Shown here: one piece after another, positions 27,501 to 40,035 of the stretch
Numbering within the stretch: the first letter of the stretch is position 1
How the letters are laid out: each line of letters begins with the position of its first letter
NCBI RefSeq assembly: GCF_003918875.1
Contig: NW_025765753.1
Location: 1 to 64,000 of the forward strand
Length of the DNA: 64,000 bases
Origin: Haliotis rubra
Lineage: Eukaryota
Direction of reading: 5' to 3'
Made by a program: the position numbers and the translations under genes
Notes under the pieces: generated by a model
The model's database searches: none
Seen by the model: the letters and a program-made list of their open reading frames with translations, nothing else
Told to the model about the DNA's origin: nothing

Positions 27501-28828
27501 GGAGGGCCGATGTTGGGGTTTCGATTTTGCCATTAAGTGCCTTCAATAGCATATCAGCCTTGAATGAGGACGACGACCCGATCGATAACACGGCCGATAT
27601 CATCACCGACACGGATGGTCACTGTTAGATGCGCTATCGATGGGTGGTAATCAAAGGTTTCTGATCCAGATTAAATTTATCTAATTTGTTCTTCAACTAA
27701 AACACTCGATTCGTTATTTATCAAGATACTGGAAATGCCGCCGCGCCAAATTCCCTATTAATTTGTTATCTAATCACGTAAAGATATTAGCGCCCTCAAA
27801 CGTCACTCTGCCGATCTTCGCCGATTGCGGCCTTATTCATTACAACACATATCATGTCGACTTCTTCGCCCTCTGCCACAGTCAAAAACACTTCGGTGAA
27901 CGTAATGACATTCTCGCTTTGCCCACCAACACTGACTGTTTGCCCGGAAATCGCATTTTATCCCTGGTCATACCGAGTTAAGCTGTGTCAGTCGTTCGGT
28001 TTATCCTTCGTTTTGCAAATGAGTTAGAATGTTATTCCCGTCACATAAGACCATGTTTTCAGCTGCGTTGCAACCGAGATGAAGTCGCTCTAGCTTCAAA
28101 ACCGAAGCTGTCAGTTGCGTGTTAGAGCGAAGGGAATTACCTTCCTCAACACCACCAGTCGATCGACCTTTGGGCTTTTAGGCAGCTGACATAAAACCAC
28201 TTTTCAGGGAGGGTCCGTCGCCTCTGGTTAGCAATCCCGATATAGACATATCCGGGGTCGGGGAGACAATATCAGGAAAGCTGAACTCCGGGATGGACTC
28301 AAAATAGCAAACCACCGTAAGCATGGCGTATTGTCAGTAAAGCTGGTGACAAGTTGTTGTCTCTGGAATGCATGAAAGCTGGTTCAATAGCTCCGAAGCG
28401 AGTGATTTAAAATCGATCGACAGTATTCGGCAGAATATGCGCGAGTGTTCAGTGAAAGCGATGAGATATTTTTTGCCATTTCCAGGAGCATCTACGTTAA
28501 AGATGCGATCAGTCCGTTAGCTGATATGCGAAATCTGGGAATGAACTACGATCGATTTTCCTGGTACGCAGAAAAGGGTCATCTAAGACCGTTGGATATG
28601 AGATTACAAATGTAGCCTCAATCTTTTCTTATGAAACAGGTGAAGGAGTGAAAGCGAGTGAGGAAAGGAAAGGAAAGTGAAAGGAAGTGTGTGTGCAGCG
28701 AGCGCGAGTGTGGTTTCTCCGTTACCAGTTTTCGATTTGAAAGAAAGTTTGTTTTACCGCCACCGTATTTTCGCATAATGTTTCGCGAAGAGCTTTTGTT
28801 GAGAGCAGGTGTCCACTTGGACGTACCC

Positions 28829-28905
28829 TAGGCTAACGCTTAGTCTCTGAAAAATACAATTGTGATAAAAACAAACTCTTTTCAAATCGAAAAGGAGCCC
28901 CAATT
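28829..28905 (+). mobile_element. Terminal fragment of the TAG-ended element next to the fold-back apex
   Basis: CTAGGCTAACGCTTAGTCTCTGAA (28828-28851) is an exact inverted match to 38214-38237; followed by aaaaggagccc. Confidence 0.65.
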
Positions 28906-28918
28906 GAGCTTGGAGAAC

Positions 28919-29008
28919 CACACTCACTCACTCACTCACACACACACACACACACACACTGACACTCACTCACTCACTCACTCACTCACTCACTCACTCA
29001 CTCACTCA
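28919..29008 (+). repeat. Compound (ACTC)n/(AC)n microsatellite
   Basis: Direct reading of the sequence. Confidence 0.95.
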
Positions 29009-31009
29009 CCTGTTTCATAAGAAGATTGGGGCTACGGTTTGCCCAGTAGTCTCATATCCAACAGTCTTAGATGAGCCCTTTTCTGCGTACCAGAATCCGA
29101 TCATGGATTCCATTCCCAGATTTGCGCTAATAGTGCTTTAGTTTGTCAGCATCTTGTACGTAGGTCTCACAAAATGGCAAAAAATCTCATATCTGCATCA
29201 CTTTCGGCTTTCCTTGAACACTCGCTATGATATATACCGAATACTGGTCAATCGGTTTTAAAATCACTCGCTGAATTTATTAGATTAACTCATGCAGTCT
29301 CGATTCCAGGATTGAGTAACTTTGTCACCAACACTGACCCAAGTACGCCATGCTTGCAGGTGACTGGGCGGACGCTTCGATACAGGTCTACATCCCAGGT
29401 TCAATACTCTGTGTGTGTCCCGACCCCGGATTAATGTCTATATCAGGTTCTCTGTAGGGGCAATCGACCCCAACATAATTGGACCCTCCCTGAAATTATA
29501 GTTTTACTATGTCCAACAAACACCCTAAAAAGCTAAAGTCAGATCGAAACTAGTGAATATTTTAACTCTGAGAGATTATGTGTTAATTCCCTTCACTCCT
29601 GCTCTGTAAACTGACCTTCCGGAACAAATAGAACTACAGCTTGTCTCTCTCGGACCTTCCCAAGCACGCAATGTAGCAAAACATAGTCTTATCTTGAACA
29701 GGAGACTCTTTATTCCCTAACTCGACACAGAGCGAAGGATCGTATTGAACAATGACTATTTGCTTAAAGAGTGAACATCTCGAATATGATAGGGATAAAA
29801 TACGACTTCAAAAAGATTGCAAAACGCTAGTCTCTGAAAAATGTTGATAGAACACGCTTTGGGGTGAAATGTCAATTCTGTTTCAATACGAATTTTTAAA
29901 CATTCACCGAAGTGTTTTGTGTATGTAAAAATTGTGACGGAAAAAGTCGACATGATATGTGTTATGTGATAGGCCACACAATGAGCAAGGTCGGCCGTGG
30001 CAGTTTGGGGCGCTAGTATCTTTACATGGTCGTCTGCCATTAATACAAATTTGGCGAAAACGTTTCCAGTATCTTGTCATCTTGAATCAGGTGTTTTTTT
30101 TAGTTATGGGGAACCGTTAGATAAATTTAATCTGGATCAAGAACCTTTGATTACCACCTGCGTTATCAGGTGCCCATCCTTAACAAGTAACCATCCATGT
30201 CAGTGAGTAACTTCAACCGATGATTATCGATCTGATTCCATAAATTTGTCACGTCGTCCTCTATTTCAAAATTTGATATACTGTGAAACATATGCCAAAA
30301 ATCGAAACCCCGGAAACATCCCAACCCTAAAACCCCTCCTCACCAAGGCCAACCTTGGACTTACCTGTACAATACAACCGTATCGGCTGAACATCTTGGA
30401 CGCACCCATATTTGTTCTGTGTAGAAAGACACCGCCATTATCTCGCGTGCATTTATACCTGTAAGCACGGCCATGACACGGGTCCGTTATTCACTACACG
30501 CGCTGGGACATCTAAACGCCGAGGGGTCAGAATTCAACACCCGACTTCAAACCATTTGGAAAATCTGGCACGCATGTTGTAGAATATTTGATATCATTCA
30601 CTGGCCATATTGTAGATAGAGTGAGGATTGATTTCCTCTACTTAAGTAGGTTTATAAAGTCAATGGTAGCGTGTGAAAGGCGTGAACATATGATAACAAC
30701 ACAGAAGCAGAATGTCAGACGAGGTCATGCGCCTCAGCTGCGACAGCCGTTTCAATTTTGAACATGATCTAAAACAAACGGATATTAATAGAGGGGTATA
30801 TAGGGAGGGCATACCGTTGACGGACAATTGACTGGCGCTGTCTTCGATTGTGCATTGGTCACACTGTCACAAACTTAAGGAGTGTGCAAATACGATTTTG
30901 AGGAACTGACATCTTAACGCTGAACTGTATGCTGAACATAGGCCGACGACATGTGACTATATGTTCACTATACATGCTGACCGTACGTCAGTTGCAACCT
31001 CACGGCATA

Positions 31010-31270
31010 GCGAAGTCGTATTCCGAGTGAATGCTACCGTATTCCGAGTGTATCCCGGTGGTATTCCGAATGTATGCCGACCGTATTCCGAGTGTGTGAC
31101 AACCGTATTTCGAATATATGCTTACTGTAGGTAAGTTACACACTGACGGCTTCAAGGATTGTATGCCGGCGGTATATTCCGATAGGGTGCTACCGTATTC
31201 TGAGCGTATGCCGGCGTTATTCCGAATGTATGCCGACCGTATTCCGAATGTATGCCGACGGTATTCCGAC
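31010..31270 (+). repeat. Degenerate ~22-bp tandem repeat (CCGACCGTATTCCGAATGTATG), interrupted by a MITE
   Basis: Repeated gtattccga(a/g)tgtatgccg(a/g)c words; similar words resume after 31675. Confidence 0.75.
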
Positions 31271-31277
31271 TATATAC

Positions 31278-31666
31278 TAGGGCTGCGCAATATAACCGGT
31301 TTACCGGTATTTACCGGTTCAGACATGAAACGATACGCATTGCGATACGCTGATCGAAAACCGGTATTTTGACTTGCATCTCGAAACTTCGTAACACTCG
31401 GAAATGTTCGGATATGTCCTTGTTTTCATTTGTGCCAAATATTATTTACATTTATATTTTATCATGATTAAAAGTTGTTATTAGAGCTTAATCGCTTCCC
31501 TAGTGATTTTGTTGTGTATTTGCTCTATAAATCATGAAGTAACTCGATTATAAGTAGTGTTTGTTTATAAATACTTCCATGCAATATATTGCAATACATA
31601 TCGCAATACATGCTTTCGCATCGCAATATATCGCAATATGAAAAATCTCTGCAATACCCACCCCTA
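31278..31666. mobile_element. hAT-like MITE (389 bp)
   Basis: TAGGG...CCCTA termini; perfect 8-bp TSD CTATATAC (31270-31277 and 31667-31674); subterminal ATCGCAATA/GATAC repeats. Confidence 0.85.
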
Positions 31667-31918
31667 CTATATACCGATTGTATGTTGCCGTATGCAAAAC
31701 CGTATGTCAACTGAATACTGATTTGATACTGACTATTAACTAACAATGCATAAAACTACAGTCGAACACCGTTGTATCGAAGTTAAAGGAAACCTTCGTA
31801 AACACTTCGAGTATTCCGAGGTTCAACGAAGCCGCAAAATGATTACTAATTTTACCCTGACTTCAGTAAATACTGGATTGTGATTGGTCAGTTAAAGTCA
31901 TTCAGAGGGATATCATCA

Positions 31919-32038
31919 CGTTTATATACCTCTGGATTTTCCAACACAGTATGTATTATTTTTAAAAAATCTTAATAACGCGGTTATGGTAGAATGGAGA
32001 TAAAACGTACTGTGTTGGAAAATCAGAGGTATATAACG
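31919..32038. repeat. ~120-bp inverted repeat with ~32-bp arms
   Basis: cgtttatatacctctggattttccaacacagta pairs with tactgtgttggaaaatcagaggtatataacg. Confidence 0.75.
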
Positions 32039-32124
32039 AAAGTAGAATAGCTCTAATTATTTTATTTAAAACCCTCACGCTACGCTATTTAGATCACCGT
32101 CATGGTTGGCGCAATAGGAAGCAT

Positions 32125-32590
32125 CCTTCAAGATCCGGGTTAGAAATTTGTGTCTTCAGAAAGCCATGCTTGTCGTAAGAGAACGCCTGATCGTCGACTT
32201 GGCCGTATCCCAATGACGCAAACAGATGTTCATGTGTTAAGTCACTGGATTGTCCGGCCTAGTTTCGATTACATTAGAGAACGCCGTTGTGTCGAAGTTG
32301 AAGGAATCTACGTGAATACTTCCGAGTTATCCGAGGTTCGGACACAGTCGCGGAATGACGTTATTATCAAGTTTACAGGAATAACGTATCACGTGACATA
32401 ACGCACTAATTGCCCCTACGTCTTTCGAGGTGGTATACGTTGAAACAGATTTTTATACACGTGCTGTGCGTAAACACGCCCAATTGCATTCAGAAATCCC
32501 TGGATTGTCTGGTCCAGACTCGATTATTTACACACCGCCGCCATATGGCCGTACAATTGCTGAGTGCAGCCTTAAACAACAAACAAAAAC
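32125..32590 (+). mobile_element. Two degenerate family-B SINE fragments (~32125-32270 and ~32495-32590)
   Basis: aagatccgggttagaa...ccatgcttgtcgtaagag head; ctggattgtctggtccagactcgattattt...ccgccgccatat tail. Confidence 0.7.
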
Positions 32591-33265
32591 ACCCATTGCA
32601 CCACCCAACAGTGCGTTTGCTACACAACAAGAAAGCATTTGTACCACAGTGGTTCGAATCTCTGTTTGGACAATAATTTTTTAAAATAAAAATCTAGACT
32701 TTTGCAATCGTATATTGTTTTTATATGTTATGATTAACATATATTTCCAATTTGAACGAAATCAGTGAAGAAATAAATATTTTAGAAAGTTCTACCGCTA
32801 CACTCATTACATAAAATACACTGCCCAAACAGTGATTCGAACCCCTACGATCTGTACATACAGTTCAGAAAGGTCAGAGAAATCAGTCAGTCAGTCAGAC
32901 AGCAGGAACAATCACACATTGATCTGTCGCGAAAACAATATGTATTCGACTCTCCGGTATATTGAATCAGTCACACCTACCATTATACAGTTGACGGTTT
33001 ACACGTTTTTGTAATGTAACGGATAGGTTTATGCCAGCGGATAAAGACAGCGCCGACTTGGGTCATTTACCGATAAATATGCAACTACAAAGAGGTACGG
33101 TACTTAGTGTTTACAAACACGGCGTCTTCGAAGCATGTTCTTACGTTATATTTCATGTGTGTGATCATGATCAAAATTATGGTTTGAGATATCTAAGCAC
33201 AAGTCAGCGCTTTATCACTTATGACATAACATATTTTTTAGCAGGAAACCCGTTTGAGTGAGATG

Positions 33266-33462
33266 TTTGATTGCGTATTGTTTAACGCCATACTCAGCAA
33301 TATTCCAGCTATACGGTCTGTAAATAATCGAGTCTGGACCAGACCTTCCAGTGGTCAACAGCATTAGCATCGAATTACGCAACGGGGAACCAAGTCAGCG
33401 AGCCCGACTACTCGATCCTGTTAGTCACCTCGACAATTCTAACCCGCATCTTCACGAGTATG
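33266..33462 (-). mobile_element. SINE family B with internal deletions
   Basis: Family body; TSD GAGTGAGATG (33256-33265, 33463-33472). Confidence 0.8.
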
Positions 33463-34056
33463 GAGTGAGATGAGAATTCTTTTCCCGGAAAAGAAATCTT
33501 GAATGACATTTTATGAAAAAGAAGTTATAACGAACGTATTTAGGATCCTAAATATCGTGTATAAGGAATAAAAAATATGCTTAAAAACATTTCCGGACAA
33601 GTGGAGTAGTCTTGTGGTTAACGTGATCGCTCGTCTCGCAGAAGGCCTGAGTTCCTTCCCATATGAATCCAATGTAAAGGCCAATGTATATTGCTGAAAA
33701 ATTGCTAAATGGGCTTAAAAACAAACTCAGAAATTTTATGAACTAGGAGTAAGTACTGCGTGTTAATGTTCACGTACGAAGACGTGAAATGACGTGATGA
33801 ATTGATCAGATGGCACTGCTCTGGGAGGAATGAAACCCAACACCTGCATGACTTGAGTAGATTTTGTTATGTTGCAGGTGTACAATTACACACCCGTCTC
33901 TCACAGAGTTGTAATCTAACGGAGTACCATCAATTGGCCGTAAACCGCCAGATGACTCTTTACTTGTTATTTGATGTTAATTTCATCTAACACGAACGTG
34001 ATGACCGACGCTTGGGACGGGAAGACCTACACGGCAGGTGGAGGCTGGTAGGTTCT

Positions 34057-34272
34057 TGGTTGGTTGTCTAACGCCGAACTCAGCAATATTCCAGCTATAT
34101 GGCGGCGGTCTGTAAATAATAAAGTCTGGACCAGACAATCCAGTGATCAACATCATGAGCATCGTTCTACACAATTGGGATACAATGACATGTGTCAGTC
34201 AGCGAGCCTGATCACCCGATCCCGTTAGTCGCGTCTTACGACAAGTAATTCTAACTCGGATTTTCAGGGGTC
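34057..34272 (-). mobile_element. SINE family B with an internal head deletion, directly left of the minisatellite
   Basis: Reverse complement begins gacccctgaaaatccgagttagaatt...cttgtcgtaagacgcgactaacgggatcggg. Confidence 0.85.
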
Positions 34273-34344
34273 GGCGGGCGTAGGAGACGGGGAGACCGAC
34301 TCGGGGTATTGGGTGGAGACGGAATGGACATCAGGGTGGAAGAA

Positions 34345-37300
34345 CACGGGGGCTGGTGAAGAGACGTGAAGACCAGCAAGGGGGCTGGTGAAGAGACGTG
34401 AAGACCAACAAGGGGGCTGGTGAAGAGACGTGAAGACAAATAAGGGGGCTGGTGAAGAGACGTGAAGACCAACACGAGGGCTGGTGAAGAGACGTGAAGA
34501 CCAAGAAAGGGTCTGGTGAAGAGACGTGAAGGCCAACAAAGGGTCTGGTGAAGAGACGTGAAGACCAAGAAAGGGTCTGGTGAAGAGACGTGAAGGCCAA
34601 CAAAGGGTCTGGTGAAGAGACGAAGACCAAGAAAGGGTCTGGTGAAGAGACGTGAAGACCAACACAGGGCTGGTGAATTGACGTAAAGACCAAGAAGGGG
34701 CTGGTGAAGAGACGTGAAGACCAAGAAGGAGCTGGTGAAGAGACGTGAAGACCAACACGGGGGCTGGTGAAGAGACGTGAAGACCAACAAGGGGGCTGGT
34801 GAAGACCAACAAGGGGGCTGGTGAGGAACGTGAAGACCAAGAATGGGGCTGGTGAAGAGACGTGAAGACCAACACGGGGCTGGTGAAGAGACGTGAAGAC
34901 CAACACAAGGGGCCTGATTAAGAGACGAAGATCAACAAGGGGTCTGGTGAAGAGACGTGAAGACCAACAAGGCCTGGTGAAGAGACGTGAAGACCAAAAA
35001 AAGGGTCTGGTGAAGAAACGAAGACCAACAAAGGGCTGGCGAGGAGACGTGAAGACCAACAAGGGGGCTAGTGAAGAGACGTGAAGACCAAAAAAGGGTC
35101 TGGTGAAGAAACGTGAAGATCAGCAAGAGGGCTGGTGAAGAGACGTAAAGACCAACACGAGGGCTGGTGAAGAGACGTGAAGACCAAGAATGGGGCTGGC
35201 GAAGAGACGTGAAGACCAACACGGGGGCTGGTGAAGAGACGTGAAGACCAACAAGGGGCCTGATTAAGAGACGAAGATCAACAAGGGTCTGGTGAAGAGA
35301 CGAAGACCAACAAGGGGGCTGGTGAAGAGACGTAAAGACCAAGAAGGAGGCTGGTGAAGAGACGTGAAGACCAACACGGGGGCTGGTGAAGAGACGTGAA
35401 GACCAAAGTACGGGGCTGGTGAAGAGACGTGAAGACCAAGAATGGGGCTGGTGAAGAGACGTGAAGACCAACACGGGGGCTGGTGAAGAGACGTGAAGAC
35501 CAAAAGGGGGCTGGTGAAGACCAACAAGGGGGCTGGTGAGGAGACGTGAAGACCAAGAATGGGGCTGGTGAAGAGACGTAAAGACCAACAAAGGGTCTGG
35601 TGAAGAGACGTGAAACCAAGAAAGGGTCTGGTGAAGAGACGTGAAGGCCAACAAAGGGTCTGGTGAAGAGACGTGAAGACCAAGAAAGGGTCTGGTGAAG
35701 AGACGTGAAGGCCAACAAAGGGTCTGGTGAAGAGACGTGAAGACCAAGAAAGGGTCTGGTGAAGAGACGTGAAGGCCAACAAAGGGTCTGGTGAAGAGAC
35801 GTGAAGACCAAGAAAGGGTCTGGTGAAGAGACGTGAAGGCCAACAAAGGGTCTGGTGAAGAGACGTGAAGACCAAGAAAGGGTCTGGTGAAGAGACGTGA
35901 AGACCAACACGAATTGAAGACCAAGAAAGGGGCTGGTGAAGAGACGTGAAGACCAAGAAGGGAGCTGGTGAAGAGACGTGAAGACCAACACGGGGGCTGG
36001 TGAGAGAGACAAGGGCTGCTGTGAAGACCAACAAGGGGGCTGGTAAAGCCCAACAAGGGGCTGGTGAGGAACGTGAAGACCAAGAATGGGGCTGGTGAAG
36101 AGACGTGAAGACCAACACGGGGGCTGGTGGAAGAGACGTGAAGACAAGGGGCCTGATTAAGAGACGTGAAGATCAACAAGGGGTCTGGTGAAGAGACGTG
36201 AAGACCAACAAGGGGGCTGGTGAAGAGACGTGAAGACCAAAAAGGGTCTGGTGAAGAAACGTGAAGACCAACAAAGGGGCTGGTGAGGAGACGTGAAGAC
36301 CAACAAGGGGGCTAGTGAAGAGACGTGAAGACCAACAAGGGGTCTGGTGAAAAGACGTGAAGACCAAGAAGGGGGCTGGCGAAGAGACGTGAAGACCAAC
36401 ACGGGGGCTGGTGAAGAGACGTGAAGACCAACAAGGGCCTGATTAAGAGACGTGAAGATCAACAAGGGGTCTGGTGAAGAGACGTGAAGACCAACACGGG
36501 GGCTGGTGAAGAGACGTGAAGACCAACAAGGGGCCTGATTAAGAGACGTGAAGATCAACAAGGGGGCTGGTGAAGAGACGTGAAGACCAACAAGGGCGCT
36601 GGTGAAGAAACGTAAAGACCAAAAAAGGGTCTGGTGAAGAGACGTGAAAACCAACAAAGGGGCTGGTGAAGAGACGTGAAGATCAACAAGGGGGCTAGTG
36701 AAGAGACGTGAAGACCAAGAAGGGGTCTGGTGAAGAGACGTGAAGACCAACACGGGGGCTGGTGAAGAGACGTGAAGACCAACAAGGGGCTTGTGAGGAA
36801 ACGTGAAGACCAAGAATGGGGCTGGTGAAGAGACGTGAAGACCAACACAGGGACTGGTGAAGAGACGTGAAGACCAACAAGGGGCCTGATTAAGAGACGT
36901 GAAGATCAACAAGGGGTCTGGTGAAGAGACGTGAAGACAACAAGGGGGCTGGTGAAGAGACGTGAAGACCAAAAAAGGGTCTGGTGAAGAAACGTGAAGA
37001 CCAGCAAGAGGGCTGGTGAAGAGACATGAAGACCAACAAAGGGGAAGAGACGTGAAGAGACGTAGGAAGACCAACAAGGGGCTGGCGAAAAGACGTGAAG
37101 ACCAACACTGGTGAAGAGACGTGGAAGGGGCTGGTGAAGAGACGTGAAGACCAACAAGGGTCCTGATTAAGAGACGTGAAGATCAACAAGGGGTCTGGTG
37201 AAGAGACGTGAAGACCAACACGGGGCTGGTGAAGAGACGTGAAGACCAACAAGGGGCCTGATTAAGAGACGTGAAGATCAACAAGGGGCTGGTGAAGAGA

Positions 37301-37910
37301 CGTGAAGACCAACAAGGGCGCTGGTGAAGAAACGTAAAGACCAAAAAGGGTCCAGGAAGAGACGTGAAACCAACAAAGGGGCTGGTGAAGAGACGTGAAG
37401 ATCAACAAGGGGCTAGTGGAAGAGACGTGAAGACCAAGAAGGGTCTGGTGAAGAGACGAAGACCAACACGGGGGCTGGTGAAGAGACGTGAAGACCAACA
37501 AGGGGCTTGTGGGAGGAAACGTAAAAGACCAAGAATGGGGCTGGTGAAGAGACGTGAAGACCAACACAGGGACTGGTGAAGAGACGTGAAGACCAACAAG
37601 GGGCCTGATTAAGAGACGTGAAGATCAACAAGGGTCTGGTGAAGAGACGAAGACAACAAGGGGCTGGTGAAGAGACGTGAAGACCAAAAAAGGGTCTGGG
37701 TGAAGAACGTGAAGACCAGCAAGAGGGCTGGTGAAGAGACATGAAGACCAACAAAGGGGCTGGTGAAGAGACGTGAAGACCAACAAGGGGCTAGTGAAGA
37801 GACGTGAAGACCAAGAAGAGGTCTGGTGAAAAGACGTGAAGACCAAGAAGGGGTCTGGTGAAGAGACGTGAAAGACCAAGAAAGGGGCTGGTGAAGAGAC
37901 GTGAAGACCG
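34345..37910 (+). repeat. 32-bp minisatellite, ~110 copies, consensus CTGGTGAAGAGACGTGAAGACCAACAAGGGGG
   Basis: CTGGTG starts at 34385, 34417, 34449, 34481, 34513, 34545 (period 32). Purine-rich plus strand; sub-variants and higher-order duplications present. Confidence 0.97.
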
Positions 37911-38031
37911 ATAGGACAGCTGGGGTGACGGGAAGACCGACACCGGGTGTGGGGATTAGACGGGAGCAACTTTCGGTTGATCACATTGACACAATGTGTG
38001 AAGCCAGTATGCTGTTATGTCTGTTGTATTT

Positions 38032-38236
38032 TAGTCTGTCTCACAGTCCCTGAACCACATTATTTTCCCTACTGCCAAGCATTATATCTGCAGTGGGCTA
38101 AAGCCCTAAATAAATAAAGTCTAGATTTGCTAAGGTTCAGTCTGAATCTCTGGTCTCCCTGAGGCCCTTTTCAATTTAAATGGGCTTGTTTGTTACTATC
38201 AAAATTATATATATTCAGAGACTAAGCGTTAGCCTA
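38032..38236 (-). mobile_element. TAG-ended non-autonomous DNA element with 9-bp TSD (AcademH-like), inserted in a degenerate family-A SINE
   Basis: TAGTCT...GCCTA termini; perfect TSD GTTGTATTT (38023-38031, 38237-38245); SINE-A fragments flank it (~37980-38005, ~38250-38296). Confidence 0.75.
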
Positions 38237-39848
38237 GTTGTATTTTAGCCGGATTATTGCTACACGCGGCTTAAAATAATACTCACCCACTCACCCGTGT
38301 TGACGAGTTTTGTTGTATCTTTAGAAGCATTATTGCGAAAAACCATTAAACATATTCAACATGATATAATCTTCAGAAAACACGTGTAACTTCTCGCTTG
38401 AACATAAAAATGCTCCACAATCACTTCTCCCGGAAGATTGATATCATTTCACAGTACGACACATGCGTGTGAGCTAATCCATTAATATAAATCTGCCGAC
38501 ACGTGTATAGATAAGCGAGCAACCATTTTATTTTCAAGGGAGGGTTTTTTTATTGAATTATTATGACATTGTACTCATTCTAGCACAAAAAGAAAGCTAT
38601 TTTCTTGCAGACGAGAATTCAAAAACACAGTTCGGTATTTTTTCAGAAAACACCCCAATTATACACAAGTTTCTGTTGAAAAAAAAATTAATTGGTTTCC
38701 TAAAGAATGAAATCACAGCTGATCTACAAAAACAACACCACACCCATAGTCTCACAGTTCTTGTACCGCATTATGTCCCTTTATGCCAAACCCTTTCTAC
38801 AATGCTAAAGTTCTAACTGAACAAAGTCTACATATCCTTAGGTTCTGATGTCTTTTTATTGATTTTCATTTTCAATTTAAAAAGAATTGTTTGTTTCTAT
38901 CAAAATGATATATATTCAGAGACAAAGTTTTTCTTTAGTCTACACTCACCCAACACCACACAACCCTTCCCTGCCATCTTCCCCATCCGGACATCAAAAG
39001 GTTTGTCCCTAATCAGAAGCATTCATGGTGTGGTGCACTTCTTCGCCGCGTCCCACTACAAGGAGTCGGGACATCAAGAGTTTATCAAAAGCCATCTTAA
39101 TAACCTGTATGTCATAAATGCAAAACTTGCATACAGTGTTACATGATTTATATCCCGTCACACCGTTCACATTCGTGGCTTTAACCTCCATTAAATCAGT
39201 TCCTGGCTTTTAAAAGATGAACCCTTTCACCCTTTTATATGAAAGTTTTCAAACAGGGGTCCGAACGGAGGTAGCAAATCACAATTCCGTGTGTGTGCTA
39301 ATGGTCTATTACAGCCAGGTCAGAGATAATCATAATCAACGCTGTCGGAACCTCTCTCCCTACGGGCCCCGCTGGGACAAAATGGCTGACATGAGTTAAG
39401 AGCCCTGTTTTGGAGACAGGTTAAATGAGCTAGAAGCTTATATTGCCATGTAATGGTCGCATCATGTCGGCGTATTGATGTGAATTAGAAACTTTAGTAG
39501 TTATCCTTTCGACACATACCGCTCCAATTGCTGACATACGGGTTTTGTTTGTAAACGTGTGATAGATGCAAGTTTATTCGTGCAATAAACATATGTGGCC
39601 CTTCAAGCTTTTAAAGCAGATTCGAAAATAGGCTTCACCTGGAGTCGTTTTGAAACCTGTAGATAGTTATGAAGAAAACATATTCGAAAACTCCTTTCCA
39701 ATGTTCAAATTGGTACTTTTTATGTTGCTTTTCATATATGATGATATTAGGTTATGTCATATTATATATACCTTTATTCTAAAATAAACTTGTTAATTCT
39801 ATGTTGCCTTTCGTAGATGACCATAAATGTTACATTTTGGTTGAGTGA

Positions 39849-40035
39849 GAGAGGAGTGAGTGGGTGAGTGAGTTTCATTTTACGTTGCTTTTAGCAATAT
39901 TTCAGCAATATCACGTCGGGGGACACCAGAAATGGGCTTCACACATTGTACTCATATGAGGAATTGAACCCAGATCTTCGGCGTGACGAGCTGACGAGCG
40001 AACGCTTTAACCACAAAGGGCTACCCCGCCGTCCC
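39849..40035 (-). mobile_element. SINE family A, full length
   Basis: Complete element; 13-bp TSD TTTGGTTGAGTGA (39836-39848, 40036-40048). Confidence 0.88.

Larger units (their letters stand above)
1..28816 (-). other. Garbled inverted copy (fold-back arm) of 28817->64000; probable long-read/assembly artefact
   Basis: Colinear reverse-complement anchors: 28561-28642 with 29006-29092; 22650-24500 with the 34345-37910 satellite; 20823-20870 with 40545-40593; 16838-16872 with Tc1 45759-45792; 14726-14752 (CAGA)n with 48535-48563; ~10985-11020 with ~53490-53535; ~4500-4600 with KIF11 exon 12; 3221-3251 with 63341-63375; ~2765-2800 with ~63905-63945. The arm is indel-rich throughout. Confidence 0.95.

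Noticed and set aside
300-28000. The many short ORFs of the left half as a novel viral, bacterial or horizontally transferred gene cluster
   Set aside because: The region is a corrupted reverse complement of the right half. The only recognisable peptides are remnants of right-arm elements.
34345-37910. CRISPR-like array (constant core plus variable segment)
   Set aside because: The variable parts are only ~10 nt, resemble each other and recur. There are no cas genes and the context is eukaryotic. It is a minisatellite.
34251-37984. Long minus-strand ORFs up to 415 aa (LVFTSLHQP/WSSRLFTSP/VGLHVSSPA)
   Set aside because: By-product of a stop-poor 32-bp repeat. All three frames are open and give the same peptides, with no splice or start context.
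39832-39848. SINE target-site consensus (ACATTT(T)GGTTGA here and at 60631)
   Set aside because: Only two of about seven TSDs share it and the insertions are in opposite orientations, which is insufficient to claim specificity.
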